Below are positions 63,775 through 64,000 of a stretch of DNA of 64,000 nucleotides, piece by piece. The notes under the pieces were generated by a model that saw only the letters and a list, made by a program, of their open reading frames with translations, ran no database searches and was not told the origin of the DNA. Location of the stretch: positions 95,976,001 through 96,040,000 of the forward strand of contig OZ024745.1 in the NCBI GenBank assembly GCA_964016885.1, read 5' to 3'. Position numbers and translations under genes: made by a program. This DNA is from Eledone cirrhosa (lineage: Eukaryota). How positions within the stretch are numbered: position 1 is the first letter of the stretch; each line of letters starts with the position of its first letter.

Positions 63775-63805
63775 AATCATCATCATCATCATCATCATCA
63801 TTATT
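63497..63805. repeat. CAC/CAT compound microsatellite
   Basis: Direct reading. Confidence 0.95.
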
Positions 63806-63809
63806 GTTG

Positions 63810-64000
63810 TTTAAGCATTGGACAAATAATTAGCAGTATTTGGTCTGGCTCTTTATGTTGTGAGTTCAAATGTTGCAGAGGTCAACTTTGCCTTTCATCT
63901 TTCTGAGATCGATAAAATAAGATACCAGTCAGATATTGGGGTTAGTATAATCAACCTTCCCTTATCCCTAAAATTGCTGGCCTTGTGCCAACATTATAAA
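63810..64000 (+). mobile_element. SINE family B-related copy
   Basis: gagttcaaat..gaggtcaactttgcctttcatc..gataaaataa..aattgctggccttgtgcc. Confidence 0.75.

Overview
AT-rich, microsatellite-dense eukaryotic DNA; the SINE/LINE repertoire looks like an octopus-type cephalopod (inference). I can support no host protein-coding exon. The window is a patchwork of retroelements: RTE-clade LINEs and their partner tRNA-derived SINEs, a cluster of (TAA)n-associated R4/Dong-type RLE retrotransposons (two with uninterrupted ORFs), Tx1/L1-type LINEs, a CRE-type RLE fragment, and hAT and piggyBac MITEs. The main signal is non-coding. Positions 1-1258 are a tandem array of apparently identical 310-bp units, each carrying a complete type I hammerhead ribozyme (HHR) motif, which is the architecture of a non-LTR retrozyme able to make ribozyme-processed circular RNA. 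The first 25 kb hold five further complete or minimal HHR motifs, two decayed ones and several half motifs. Most sit in short ORF-less modules flanked by (TA)n and often folded into inverted repeats, as expected for Penelope-like-element (PLE) pLTR derivatives. All RNA structures were paired by eye; activity is untested.
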